From positions 62,001-126,000 of the forward strand of contig RSEE01000020.1 of assembly GCA_003971905.1 (NCBI GenBank): a stretch of DNA of 64,000 bases. Direction: 5' to 3'. Below, in pieces: positions 11,630 through 25,063 of the stretch. The notes beneath the pieces were generated by a model that was not told the origin of the DNA, made no database searches, and saw only the letters and a list, made by a program, of their open reading frames with translations. A program made the translations under genes and the position numbers. Source of the stretch: Moniliella sp. 'wahieum'. Its lineage: Eukaryota. The first letter of the stretch is position 1. Every line of letters begins with the position of its first letter.

Positions 11630-14346
11630 CGGGACGGGTATAGCGATGGGGCAGGAGGCGAGGGGCGGGGGAGGCGGGAGAGGCGCGTGGTGGAGAGGTG
11701 GCAGGTGCGGGCGCGCACGAGAGGGGTACAAGGGTGGGCGTACTTAATATATAGGGGTGGGGGTGGAGTTGAGTTTGGGGTTGTGCGATCGGGGCGGGGC
11801 AGTGGCGAGGAGTGGCGAGGCAGGCCGGAGGGCAGTGGCTAGTGACTAGTGACGGGTGGTGTGACAGGCAGTGCTGCTGTGGGTTACTAGGCGTGTTTGA
11901 GCTGGACGCGGGCCTGGCTGCTGCACACCTCGTACGCAGCAGCAAGTAACACAGCGATCCGCGCCAGTGCTGTGCGGGCGAGAGCGGGTGGGACTGGATC
12001 TAGGTCGTGCTATTGTGCCGAGCGCGACGAGGTAGAAGCACGCAGCCTGCAGGATATGCGCCCAGCTGGCGGGCGTGTGACACTCCAGCTGAGCAGCTGC
12101 GCCAGGCTGAGCGTGCTGAGCGTCTGGCCTCCCTTCGCGCCTCAGCGCTGTCCGCTGACAACTCTTCAGTAGCTGTCCCTGTCGTGCAGGCGCCGCCCCA
12201 GCCAAGCAGTACCCCGGTGTCCGCTGCCCCATGCTGCCCCAGGCTGTGTCTGCTCCTCGAAACCTGGCTAGGCAAACGCCCTTCCCGTGCCTGCCCGTGC
12301 TGCCCTGCCCCCGCACCCGCCTGACAGGCGACCTGCCCAATCGACACTGCCCGGGGCGGGGTAGTCGTCGGCGTGGCCGTTTATCGATCATCGCTTACCA
12401 GGCATCATCGACTGCCTTATTCGCCACCCGGCCTCAGGCTGCCCCGCAGCTGCACCACCCAGCTGATGCACTGGTACTGATGCATGATGCCCCATGCATG
12501 CCAGGTGACGATTCCAGTTCAACGTTCAACGTTCGCATTCAAGGTCAAGCTTCAGCGCAAGATCTTCGAGGAAACGTCGACCCTACTTAGCTCAGTCAGC
12601 GCGACTTGGCTTGTCCCACCTGCTGGGGCTCTTTTTGTCGCTCAGGGCCCTGGGGGGGGCGCACCATCGGACCTCAGCGCCCTCGCGTGCCATCCAAACC
12701 CAACTGCGAGAACCCACCCTCTCGCTCCACTCACCCATCATCCACAGCGCAGTCTACTCATCAGCCCCTCTCATCCCCCGGTTTTCTTCTGCTCCCAACG
12801 TCAACGTCCTTCAACATCAGTCAATCATTTTCCTCTAATCTCCAAAATGGAACAGCAGAAGCAAACTAGTAGTAGCCAACTTCTCCCCCCCCATTCCATT
12901 ACATGTCACTAGAAGAGTACGTGTTACTTGGCTCAGGCGCTCAGGCTCTTTAAGCGGCACTCGAATAACGGCCCAAACTCGTCATCAATCAGCCCACACA
13001 CTATCTTCTTCAGCTGTGCTTGGCCAAGAAAAGCATACTGTTGAATGAGCGCGGGATATCAGCTGCATCTCAGCGCTCGGCATCGCAACGGAGGTATGTA
13101 CCCAGGCGGAGAGTATTATTTCGGCAAAAGACAGTGTATAGGAGACGCTATTAGGAGAGCTGTTCGCATACAGGTTACAAATTATAAGCAAAGCGTTAAA
13201 GACTGTGCATAGTAGAGGGAGAGATGAAGGGAGCAGTTCTGCCTCAGAGACATAATCTTTTTGGAAAAGAACGTGGCACTAGTCCAACAACCATATAGGT
13301 GTACACCACAGGGATGAAAATGACACTCGGATGCCGCGAGATACATGACGTGGGCGATTTCGTGTGTGTCGGGGGGGAGGAGGCGTGCACGTAAAGGTCG
13401 CATCTTGGTTCTGTTGTTGTGCAAGTTGATACGAGGTGGAGGGAGGCAGAGAAGAACCAACAGTACGACAAATGGGCGAGACTTACGAGACTTCAATGGG
13501 CACGGAGTTAAACGGCCGCGTTTTGGGGCAAAGAGCGCGTTCGTGTGTGTTCTCTACTATCATGGGTCCTGAGGCCATTCCCCACGGTGTGTACAGGATG
13601 TTGTTGTTGACACGCGCTGTCATAGTTTGGCTGATCTCGCTTCTATATTTCCAATTTCGTCATCCCGAGCGTCTCGTCACCCTTCCCTGTTTTCCCACTT
13701 CGCACCATGCCCTCCGTCAGCTCGTCCTTCTTCCCCCCGAACAATCGCTACATCCCTTGGCCTAGTTCCAACTCTCGTTTCCCTCCGGTCGCCTTAGCCC
13801 AAAGAGCTATCGTTACTACTGATAACTACCAAAACACACGGATATGACCGATAGTTGCAACTATACTATAGGCTGCTACGTGTGGTTCTGGCGTCACTAC
13901 AAAAGGGGGGATTCGTTTCATTCATCCGAAGACAATTCAATTCAGTAGTACGATCGCCTCGCGGTATATGGGAAAGCGAAAAAAAGAGAATATAAGTAAA
14001 AGGATCCGGTTCCCGTGACGGGGTCGGAACCGCCCGGCACTTGACCGGAAGGACCAATGATTTGGTCGTTGTATGCTCCAATAATGGCGTAGAAGAGTAA
14101 TAGGTCGATTAACCCTGAGGCAGGGCCGAGGGAGCGATGTGCTCGACCTCGTTAGTTAAATCTGTCCTTCTCATCGCTTATCAGGAGAGAGGGGGCCCAC
14201 GCCCCACATATTGCCAACCCATTAGGTTGGCGTGGGGTACACAATAGGATATTGGACATCTTCCTTCCATACACTCGCATAATGCCCGACTGGATTGTGT
14301 GGTCGGGCGCTGGGCCGTGGAAACCTAAAAGTAAACCGGATAGCGG

Positions 14347-16434
14347 TTACTGCGGCAGGTGAATGTTGCGTGGGTAGTCCGTGCCGCGTTGGAGGTCAAA
14401 GAAGCGGTGCTTCAAGGCCTGCTCGGCCGAGATGCGCAGACTGGGGTCGGGCTCGAGAAGCTGATCGACAAGGTCCCGGAAGCAAATGTCGTAGGTCATG
14501 TACTTTGCTTCGTTCTGGTGGTACTGGTACCGAGAAAGTGGGGTGGATGGGATCGGCTTGGTGGTGCGCACAGTGCCATCGGGGAAGAAGAGCTGCTGAC
14601 GCTTGTCGGCCGGAAGATTGGCCAGCAGGCTGTTGGGCATCACCCCAGCGCACTCTGCATCTGCGCCAAGAGGGGTGTCGCTGGCCTCAAAGGCATGCTT
14701 CTCGCTTTGTACTGGTTGTACGCCTCCTGCGTTGGCCAGACATCGCGCTGATGGGGTCCAAATGGCAGCTTGCCCGTCATCATCTCCAGCATCACACACC
14801 CAGCTGCCCACATGTCGAGGGGAGCCGACCAGGCGTGTGTGCCAAGCAGGGCCTCGGGTGGAAGGTAGGCCTTGGGAAGCGCACTCGGTTTGGTGCTGGG
14901 ACGAATGCGGATGTTACCCGCACCAGTCATGTGGACCATTGGCGAAGAGAGGAACGGAACCACCTCGCCATTCTTGGAGGGAATGGGGATGAGAGCTGCG
15001 GCGGTGCTGTCGAACCGAATGTGTTCTGCGGTCAGATTGCCATGGACGAAGCCCTGGTCATGAAGAGAGGCGAGAAAGAGAGAGTTGCTTCATGATGGCC
15101 TGGATGTGCTCCAGTGGGAGCCCACGTCCGTGGAGATCGTGCTTGATAAAGCTGTCCAGCGTGCAAGCCTTGCTGTCAAACACGATGCAAAGGCGGTCGT
15201 GGTTGTAGAGAAACACCTCGCGCACGTGCACCCAGCCAATGACGTCCGGCTTCATGGCTCCACTGCATGCAGGATCCGGGCCTGGCGCATGCTCTCGGCA
15301 CGCATGTCGGTAGCGGTGTGGCTGACATTGATCACCACCTCTTGGTTGGTGACCATGTCATGGGCCAGCATTGCGTGTCCATAGGGGGTCTTGCCACGGT
15401 CCCCGGTAATGATGTATCGCTGCGCCAGAAGATAGGCGCAGCTGTCGCTCCGAGAAAAACGCAGGACGGGGCCAATGACTTGGGTGCCACCAATGCTGGC
15501 GAGATTGTCCAGTTCCATTGGGTCGGCTTGCACCTCGTCGGCAACCGCAGGCTGCACGTGAATATCAGAGTTAGCTTCCACGTTATGGGCGCATGTAGGG
15601 GAGAGAGGACGTACGCTTGGATTTCACTGGGATAGGGTGAGAAATAATGGGTGGTATTGTTGTTTTCAGCGATGCGAGCATGCTTCACTTGGTGCCGTTT
15701 GGGTGCTGGTGTACCAAAAGTGGCAAAGACGTTCTCATTCGCGCGCTTTCGCAGCACGGGGGGGCGTAGTGGCGGGTACAACCGTGGAAACGGTGGCAAT
15801 GGCGGCAGGTGGTGCTGCTGCGCCACCAGGCGTCCGATGAGGAACAGCGCCGGTGGCATGGCGCCGCGCGGCAGATTGCAAATCGGCCGGGGCATCGGAA
15901 GCGGGGCCGGCGCAGGGAGAGGAGTGGGGAGCAATGGCGCCGCGGCCGCCGGGCGCGGGAGGGGAGGGATAAGGCAAGGACGGAGGAGGGTGCTGGCTTT
16001 GTGTCCCTTGTGCGGGAGGGCCCGCGGCAGATTGCAAATCGGCCGGGGCATCGGAAGCGGGGCCGGCGCAGGGAGAGGAGTGGGGCAATGGCGCCGCGCC
16101 GCCGGGCGCGGGAGGGGAGGGATAAGGCAAGGACGGAGGAGGGTGCTGGCTTTGTGTCCCTGTGCGGGAGGGCCTGCTTGAGGCGCGGGCCAAGCTGGCC
16201 GACACGCGGGCGGCGGGAGAAGGCAGACGACTTGAGCGGGGCCATTGCAGATGCTGTGTCGTTTTCCGGCGTCGCAGGAATGAGGCAGGCGGTGGTGGGA
16301 GAAAGAAGAGGGCCAGATGGCGGCGTGCAGGCCTTTTATGCGGCCATCAGGGAGCGGGCGTGGTCGAGGCTCAGGCGCTCAGGTGCCCTCGAGCACTGCT
16401 GGGCCCGCCTGGGCACAGCGCCAGTGCCTGACAT
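14347..16434 (-). CDS. CMGC (CLK/DYRK-like) kinase-fold protein with degenerate catalytic motifs; start uncertain
   Basis: RYIITGDRGKTPYG, HDRLCIVF, GLPLEHIQAIMKQL, FVHGNLTAEHI, YLPPEALLG..WSAPLDMWAAGCVMLEMMTGKLPF, DLVDQLLEPDPSLRISAEQALKHRFF. Confidence 0.75.
15867..16174. repeat. Tandem duplication of a unit of about 156 bp in the 5' part of the pseudokinase
   Basis: CGCGGCAGATTGCAAATCGG...GCGGGAGGGCC starts at both 15867 and 16023; the copies differ by a few single-base indels. Confidence 0.95.
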
Positions 16435-17663
16435 GCGAGCGTACTTTAGGCGCACACAGTGACGCCGTGCGGGCAGTTGGGCTGGCGGGGTGGCGGCAGG
16501 GGGGCAGTGCGTGCGCGGATTGTCGATGTGTGATGCATGATGCATGGATGATAGACGATCGATAGGCGGCGCCCATTGGAATATCAGTAGGTGTGATGCA
16601 TGCGATTTGTCTCATTTTTGTATCAGTTGACCTGTTGGGACAGCCAGTCCCATTTTTGAGACACATCCTCCCGCTCATATGCCTCCAACACACATCCTCT
16701 GCTGCAATGAACGCTTTGCTGTGAGATCTGAGACTGTATGAGCTAGTGACCGAAGTTCACATTTTGGGCCAAACGCACGAGCCGCCCTGTGGCTCTCTGA
16801 TCTCAAAGGCCCACAGACTCTCTATAGTGATATTAGCCTACTGCTGCCGTGTATAGCCTGTGGTGCATATACAGCAAACAGGTTATACTGGGACTGGCAC
16901 AAGCATGCTGAACATCATACCGGAGAATCAACTCATTCAAGTTGAGCAGGACTTTGTTTCCAGTCACTGGTAACACCCCCGGTGGTTAATTCATCCACGG
17001 TCGGCTGCCACATCCTTTTGCTATTATTATACTGTATTGGACTGGAACGGAAACCGTTGATGCAATGGAGAGGTGTTCAGGCAGAGCATGTGCCAATGTA
17101 GCCAGCTCACTCTGATGCCGCAGACGTGAATAAGAGTGTGAGGGGGCTGGATGCAGCGCGAGTGGGTGTGAATGAGCGCGGTAAACGTGTGAGCGATGAA
17201 CCATCTCTTATGAGACTCCTCTCAGTAATTCTTTTCCGGTGGTCAAACATCGTGTTGGTTCTTTGTATAATGGCACAATACCCGCACTTTCGTAATAACG
17301 AAGAGGGAGAAAAGCATAGTGTTGTTTTGCCCTGGTGAGAACTTTTCACGCTCTTGCCTGTTCTAACGTCAATCGAAGCAGACCCAGGCTTCTCTGAGGA
17401 TGCAGACTATGAGACTACAATAAGCGTGTTGAACAGGAGACTGCGCATATGTGATATACTCTAGTATTCAGAGCAGATACTCCGCAACACCGAAGGAAAG
17501 GTGATGGTAAGAATGGTTTATATTGACAAAAAACACAAACGAGGACGGAAAGACCTTTGTACAAAAGGTACAATGATGAGTGGTAAGTAAGCAACACAGA
17601 CCCCCTTTTGGTATGGCACCTTTCCTGGGTCGCCCGTGACTGATGGAGGAAAGGAGTTCATCA

Positions 17664-19268
17664 TTAGACGCTATTGTCTTGACACGAGAAAGGTTTCCCC
17701 TTGCCCGCCGCCATATCGTTCTTCATCGCCACCACGGCCGAGTAGGTACCAGCGACAGTCAAATATGCGCCAGCAATAATGAGCACGGCGCTGATAACAA
17801 AGATAATCTTGTCCGTGACGAAGCGCATGGTTCCAGCCACTTTGGAACCATGTCTTGCCAGGTACCTGGACCAGATCGCCAGTCTCCTTGTCGATATATT
17901 CGAGAGAGAGCTGATAGATGCCCATGAGACCCGTAAGACCAATTACGAGGAAGCCACCGGTCAAGGCGCCTATCAGTGAAAGCAAATCGTCAAACACGGG
18001 AACAGCACAGGCCAGGATAAAGCCAATGATCAGCACTGTACAGAAGGAGGCCGACCATACGATCCAGTGGATCGGGGTCGAGTTGGCAAGGTGGCGCGTG
18101 CCTCGCAGTGCACGAACAAAGATGTACTTTGCACCAATGTGGGACAGCAGAAGGGCACTGACAAATAACCCAAAAAGCGCCATCGCGTAGCAAATGATCT
18201 TAAACGTGGGCCCGGCTGAGGCCAGGACAGGCGAAGCAAGCCATTTTCCGGCACAGTCATATACTAGACAGGCAATCACCACATAGGTACCACAGACAAA
18301 GCCTTGTCCGACATAGACCGGTTTAAGGAACTCGGCCGGTGCGCCAACTCGGCTGAGATGGAGAAGAAGCCAGGGGTGCCCATTAGGGCAAACAGCTGAG
18401 TAGATACCGCGTTCATCGCTTTGTAGAATTCGGTGGATTGGGTAGCACGGGTATCGTTCCCCTCCCCAGGAGGTCGGCTTGCACCCTTGCCCTTGACCAG
18501 GATAGCAATCGTCAACACCCAGTTGGCTGCAATAACACAAGCCAGGCCAATGTATGAAAGAATCGCCACCCTCCATTTCGTGGAGCATCGAGCCAATGAT
18601 GGCCACAAAGCCCGTTACGATGCCGGCAAATGCAATGGTACAGAGCCCATGCAGATAATAGCGTTGAAGGCGATCGTTAACGTCCTGAAAATGATGGATT
18701 AGTATCGTCCACTATAGAGAAGAGTACAAAGAAGACATACTCAATGGCTGAACCAGCAAAGAGAATAAACACAATACAGTAACTCCACCCAAAATCTCAC
18801 CGCCCAGACGGCCACCAATCATCTGGCAAAAGTCTCCCACGGAGTGAATGTGGGGGTAGCGTACTCGAATCTTAGCAATGTACCACGAAGAAAGGGTGGT
18901 GATGGCGCAGAGGAGGAGGAGAGAGATGAGGCCTGGCACAAAACCAAGTACGCCAAAGGTCCGGGAATACCAAGAATACCGACTGCGGTCATCCCACATC
19001 AGGGTAGTGTTAGTCCCATACCGTACCAAAACGAGAGAAAGAAAGAGTACGCACTTCCAATCTGGGATTTGGCCACAACCACCACGGCACCTTCCTTCCA
19101 GTTCATGCGGCGCATCGCACTCAGCGTCATCTGAAGCAACACATCCTTCTCGTCGGGGTTAACTTCGAAGACGGCTACCCTGGCCTTGTCGTCCTCGCCA
19201 GTGATATCAAACTTCTTGTTTTCTTCGAGGGAGCGGGGCTTCTTCTCCGCAATGCTTGAGGTCGACAC
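17664..19268 (-). CDS. Amino acid/auxin permease family transporter (Mtr-like neutral amino acid permease)
   Basis: RRMNWKEGAVVVVAKSQIG, FGVLGFVPG, RYPHIHSVGD, GTPGFFSISAE, ASPVLASAGP, IGFILACAVPVFDDLLSLIGAL; many hydrophobic segments; introns present. Confidence 0.9.
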
Positions 19269-21302
19269 GGCGAATGCGGCAGGGAGGCAGGGGAGAGATG
19301 AAAGGGTAGACGGGGCTGAGCACAGAGGAGGTCGGGTGGCGAGAGGGGGGGGGTGGGGGATATATATAAGGACGCATATAAAATCTTCGAAGTTCGTGGG
19401 CGTGGATCGTGCGGGCGGTTATTTTGCGGGTTTGGCTCGCATAGTGTTTCGACATCTCTAATGGGCCGGGCGTGGTTGGGCTGGCCTGGGCGTTCGCATG
19501 CTTATAGCTGGCAGAAGCTGGCAAGACCAGAGTAAGGAGATGCGCGTAACTGTCAGGAGAGGTCAGCCATGCATGTGGGCCCCACGATTGCAAACTACCC
19601 GCTCGCCCCGTGCTCCTGTAGCAGATAACGCGGCAAGCGGGCACCCATATCCCAGGGACATCCATTATTCCGGGGCCAACATCGCCCGCGCCGGGTGTGA
19701 TGCGCGGTGCATGACGAGTACATCGCGTGAGTACTGAGTGTATACTGCAACGAATATGTTGCAGGTTGAGTTCAACTGGGTGTTGGAACTGCTAGGGGCG
19801 CTTTTTCCCTGCTGGTGCTGCTCACCAGATGATATATGTCCGGCGTCCAGAACCACACATTCACCGTGTTCCATGCTGGGAGTCTTATCGGATTATCAGC
19901 GCGACAATTGAAGATTGAAGCACTAGTTTCAGTCTTGGCACTCTCTGCCTGATGCCCTGAGACCTGAGAGGCCCCTGAGGCTCAGGCTCAGGTCTCAGCG
20001 TCATTGTGGTCATGAGTCGATGAGCGCAGACCTCAAGCTGGCCCTCCGATGGCTCCGTGGACATTTTCAAGACGGAAATATGGGGCAGTTTTTTTGCATT
20101 TTGCAAAAAGGCGGCCTTTTGCTGCATGGGCGCCTTGTTCTCCATACCGACCTTATGCGGGCCTGCGTCTACCTCGTGCAGTTGCTATATAGTTGCCACA
20201 GTTATTAGTTACCACACATACAGGTCCTAATCTTGCTGTGGCACAGCTGCGATCGTCGGCCAAACATCTACTGTTAGAGGGTAGTGCTAGGGTTCCCTTG
20301 CACGGCCCTCGATGGATCGGTGACGCTCGCTTTAGCTAGTCCGAAGAGTTCCGCTCGCAGGCCGCCACGCCCAGCTCGCTCCATCTCCCTTCTCTCTCTT
20401 TTCTCCTTCCCTCAGACGTTGTAAAGATGTGGCTCACCACTTTGCCTTCACGCCTTGTCTGAAGGCTGCTTTGCAGCTGATCCATAAGATCGCGAGTGCT
20501 CCCAAGTCGCACTCTAGCACATACACGTACGTCCTCCTCATGCAGATCTAAGGTCTAACCGATCCCACCGCTTCTCGCCGTGAATGAGTTTCTCTCACCG
20601 GCTCACCTCGACCCAATTGGCTCAAAAATAAATACCGCACAGTAGAAAAAGGCGGATAACATTAGTACGAAGTAGGATATCTAAGCTTCATATCATCTCG
20701 CACAAAACAGTCCCATGCATGCATCATGCATCATGAGGTATCTGCATGATAACATGGCTCCACATGCAGGCTGGGTTAGTTTGGACTGGCCCGAGATACA
20801 GCCCTTTCCCCCGCCAGCAGCCATCTTTGCCCGAGCAAGAACCATCAATGGTTGGGTTACGCTCTTTTGTATCCTCTATCCGACGGAGAAGACGTTGAGC
20901 GCAATGATACCGCGACGCATGACGCGCATGACGCGCATGACGCTTCACCCAAATCGTAGGCGCAACGTTTTGTTTCTATTAATCTCATTTTCTTCCTTCC
21001 TTCTCTCTCCCTACTACGAAGGAAAAATACCAACAGGGCAGAGATTCGATGAGAGGAAAAAGAATGAAAAGGAATGTAGACTGCCAAATGGTATATATAG
21101 GTATGATAACGGGCGACCAGAGTTGTGATCGCAAAACAGAGGCTGGAGCAAACAAAAAATAAGCGTGATGTTAAAAGGACCGCGTTATCTCAGGCACCAT
21201 CGTAAAAAAGATCGTAAAAGCGTCCAGCGGAAGCGCCAGTGGTATCCCAAGAACGGGTCGACTGGAATCCGGAATCGACGAGTTAACCGTGCCATCCCGC
21301 GG

Positions 21303-23154
21303 TCACAATGCTGTCCGGCCGCGCGTCTCGTATGGCAGCAAAAGCATCAGTACACTGGCCAGCAAAAAGAGCGAGGCAGAGACCATAACGGGAACCTTGT
21401 AGGTATTCGTGTAGACTGCACCAAGGGTGCCAGTACCCCCCGACCCGCTGCACCGCCATGGCCAGACCGCCCCCCGTTCCGCGGAGTGGGGTAGGGAAAA
21501 GCTCATAACTGATCATGTACAGAATCGCATACATCGCATCTTGCGTCACTGAGCTCCCAGCCGACCAACCAAGAATGGCAGGCGTTCGCGCCGTCGTAAA
21601 CCCAAACAGCAGCACCCCGTCAGCATCGTCCAAAAGGCCATCGAACCTTTCCTTCCCACCCACGGGATCTCTGCCATCAGTCCTGCAATCACGGTGCCGG
21701 GTGCGCCAGCACAGGCAATTTCCAACAGCTGGGAGTACTGTTCATGCACACTAAAGGAACCAGTGCGGCCTCCGGCCTCCTTGATGTAGATCGAGATAAG
21801 GGTGTTGAACAAAGAGCAGCCCGAAGCGATCTGAAAATTTGGGCCAGCGGTCATTGTTAATACTCAAAAGGATGCGGTGCGGGGGGAGAGCACTCACTAA
21901 AAGCCAGAGCAGAACGACGTCAATCGTGTTCCATGCCATACGCGGGGTGACAAAGAGCCTTAAACTTGTTTAAGGACCAGGAATCGCCTGTGCGGCGCCA
22001 GGCATCGCCCAAGTTCGAACGAGAAAAGAGACGAGTGTGTCTTGCCAGTTGCCAACAGCCGCCTTGCGAAGCGCTGGGCCCGTCAATTTCGCCAGGACAT
22101 CCTCTTCCTCTGTTGGTGTAGGTAGAGGGCAGACCGAGCTTTTCTTATCGGAATCATTGGACTGTTCTGCCAGTACCTCCATTTCAACCGCACGTAAATC
22201 AGCCAGGTCAGCTTCAGCGTTGTCCCGTTCTCCTCTGCAATGAACTTGAGCACCGTAACGCTCCCAAATCGTCTCCCTGCGCCAATAAGAATTTGGGCGA
22301 CTCGGGGATGGGGTAAATAAAGAATCGGGTGATCCAAAACAGACAGGAGACGCCCGAACAGACGATCCACACGTATCGCCAACCCATGTTGGCAGCGCGG
22401 GTGCATCCATCTGCCTGTTGGCATGAAAAGTTGGGAATCAACGCCCATCCCATGAGCGCTGCAAAGATCTGGCCAAGTGTCCAGAACAAGGCAAGAATTG
22501 ACGAGCCATTGGTATCGTCCGGCGTTGGCTTCGATAAACTGCGAGCCATCAATGATTACATTCCCACCAGTCCCGATTCCGGTACAGAGGAGCAAGGCGC
22601 AATACGTTACAAAATTCATCGACCCCGCTGCACCGAGGCCAAAGATAAAGCTGATCAAAAGGGTTGTGTTCCAGCTCATGCGTCGACCGACAACGTCGGA
22701 TGTAAACCCCCAGAAGGCGGTGCCAACCTGTGTTCCGTCCACCAGCAAGGTCAGGAAACGCAGGCGAGCAGAAGACAAGCCAGGGGTAAAGGACGTACAA
22801 GGGTGCCAACGTAAAAGTAAACCGAGGCAAACTGGACGTGCTTCGGGCGCATCTCCATCTGCACCTGGGTGAGAGAAAGTGTCAAGCACTCCATCACAAT
22901 GTTGTCTGCCGCCCAGCCATAGGCGACTTGGACAAACAACCACCAATTGAACTTGCCCCATCCGATCCGCTCAATCTCCCCATTGATCAAGGCAGACTTG
23001 CGTGCAAACACCCTGCTCACTTGAGAGTCCGAAGCCAGCTGTGAGTCCACTCCTCGTTTGAGCACCGCAACTTCTTCGGTCGAAACGAGGGCGAGGCGTC
23101 GCATGAGGAGCCCACTGCTGTTGTTGGGGGGGTCAATGTGGCCAAAGGAGACAT
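21303..23154 (-). CDS. MFS transporter (SV2/SVOP-like sugar-porter-related)
   Basis: IGWGKFNWWLF..YGWAADN, WGFTSDVVGRRMSWN, GTGGNVIIDG..E, NMGWRY, PESPKFL, YELFPTPLRGTG, LPYETRG. Confidence 0.9.
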
Positions 23155-24313
23155 TCCAGTGCGGGGGAGAGATAAGAGGGAGGGTAGGATGGGGGTAAAA
23201 GGAGTGTGGGGACAATGAAGAGATGGTGGCGACGATGGTGTATCGCGATGAGATATCAAAAGAGCCAACGAGGTCAGCCAGGGGCGGAGGGTCCTGAATT
23301 CAGTGCTGCCGCACTCATCTTGTGCGTGCCGCGTCAGTAGAGCGCGAAGGGAAACGCCACAGGGGCTTTGTTCCTGTCATAATACGTGCCGCTCATCGTT
23401 GCTTGGGGTGAGGATGATATAGGGCGGTGATCGATTATCAATGTTCGTCTCAGCTAGTCTGTGTTGCTCGGTTGTGGAGCAGGCGAGGAGCGCTTCACGG
23501 CTACTGAGTACTGAACGTTCAAGGTGTGGACACCCCTGGCGAGGGAAAAATGGCAATGGGAGAAGAAACTGGCTCTCGCATTTTCCTCCACATGTTTTAA
23601 GATTCAGATCTTCAGGGTCCGCCTCACGACTGGGTCTCAGTTCGTACCCAAAGCGTATCCAACGCTGCACTCGGGCGCTGTCTGCGCGACAGGCGCACTA
23701 CGGCGCACTAGGCACTCCTGGGCCTCCCAACTCCAACCAATTTTCCACTTTCAAACACCAATATTGCTGAGGCGCATGGGGCGCTCTGGGTCACCGCACC
23801 TCAAGTTTCGAGCTCAGCGTCTGAGTGAGCGTGCCCTGAGCCTCAGACCGCCTTCAAAAGACATTAGATCCATCAGTACTGTGGCATCCCGGAAAGTCGT
23901 GGCACACAGTCATGCACATCATGTTACTCTGTTACGTTGAACGTCGGGCAGATTTGTTGGGCGGTTTACCGGGTTTTTTACCGAGCCCAAAACAGACGAA
24001 AGAACGGCTGTCGCTTGATAGCGCGTCAGTACTGCGCCGTGGGGTACGTGCACGCGCTATGCCACGGCAAGCAGTGGCAGGCGGCACAACCCTGGTTCTA
24101 TGTGCCCTCCCTTCTGGTCCTCTGCACTTGCTTACTTCTCCCCAATCCGCCTTGCTATCAGTCTGGCTCTGACTGCCAAGAAGAGGGCATCTATATATGT
24201 CGCCAGAGCAGCGGAAGGTTAAAGAAGTGTGGCGAAGGCAATGGTCTACCAGGCACCACCTCTAAGGTCGAACACCCGTGACATGCAGATGAAACAGACC
24301 GAATCTTAATGCC

Positions 24314-25063
24314 CTATATTGTGGGTCCCCCCCAATGTCCCTGTACCTTCGTGTGATCTTTGAGCTGGGGTGTGGCTTCGTACACCAAGTTGGCCGGCGC
24401 CTGACGATGCACCTTGCTCGTGTCCCCCTTGAATCCCACAAAGTAGATCCGAGCCGTTTCCTCGCCTTGTGCACGGGGAATGAAGAGCGTCACATCCCGC
24501 ACGCGAGAGAACTTGGTCACGCGAAGGGGGTATTCGACCAACTCGTTCGTCTGCGCCACCTCCACTGTCTGGGCAGGCAAGAGCGGGCTGCCCTTCCCAG
24601 CGTCCAGACGGGCCGCCGCATCATCAAAGTCCAAGGGCGTGTCGCAATTGACAAACAAGTGAATCTTATCCGGCGTCTGTCCCCCGGACCGGCCAGCACG
24701 AGGAGCGTCCGCACCTTGACCGACGCCGAGTCCACAAATGGGATCCGGATCAACAGCGAATCATCCACATCCGACTCGAGGTAACTTTCCCGCGACATGC
24801 GCTCGGACCATGGCTTGATCACATTCCGCCCCATGTCCTGGTACATTTGGTATGGTACGTTGTTAGCTCACCCATCTCACTTTGCTGTGGGTGGGGGGGT
24901 TGGTACTTACCCGTTCTGCTTCGTTGAGCGCCGTTACGCCCTCACGGTCAATGTCGCCGTAGAGGTAGTCTTGAGGCCCTTCAATGAGCAAGTGGTCGTC
25001 ATCGTCATGATGGTGGTGATGTCCGTGATCGTCGTGGCCAGCGTGTTCGTGGGCACAACTCAT
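24314..25063 (-). CDS. PITH domain protein (PITHD1-like)
   Basis: His-rich N-terminus, LYGDID..GVTALNE, YLESDVDDSLLIRIPF, EYPLRVTKFSRVRDVTLF, IYFVGFKG, YEATPQLKDH. Confidence 0.9.

Noticed and set aside
16820..16839. TCTCTATAGTGATATTAGCC resembling fused pieces of the Helitron-like element
   Set aside because: The match is short and AT-rich with no associated hairpin or repeat.
20480..20492. 13-bp match ATCCATAAGATCG to the retroelement/target junction
   Set aside because: Similarity does not extend on either side, so it is probably chance.
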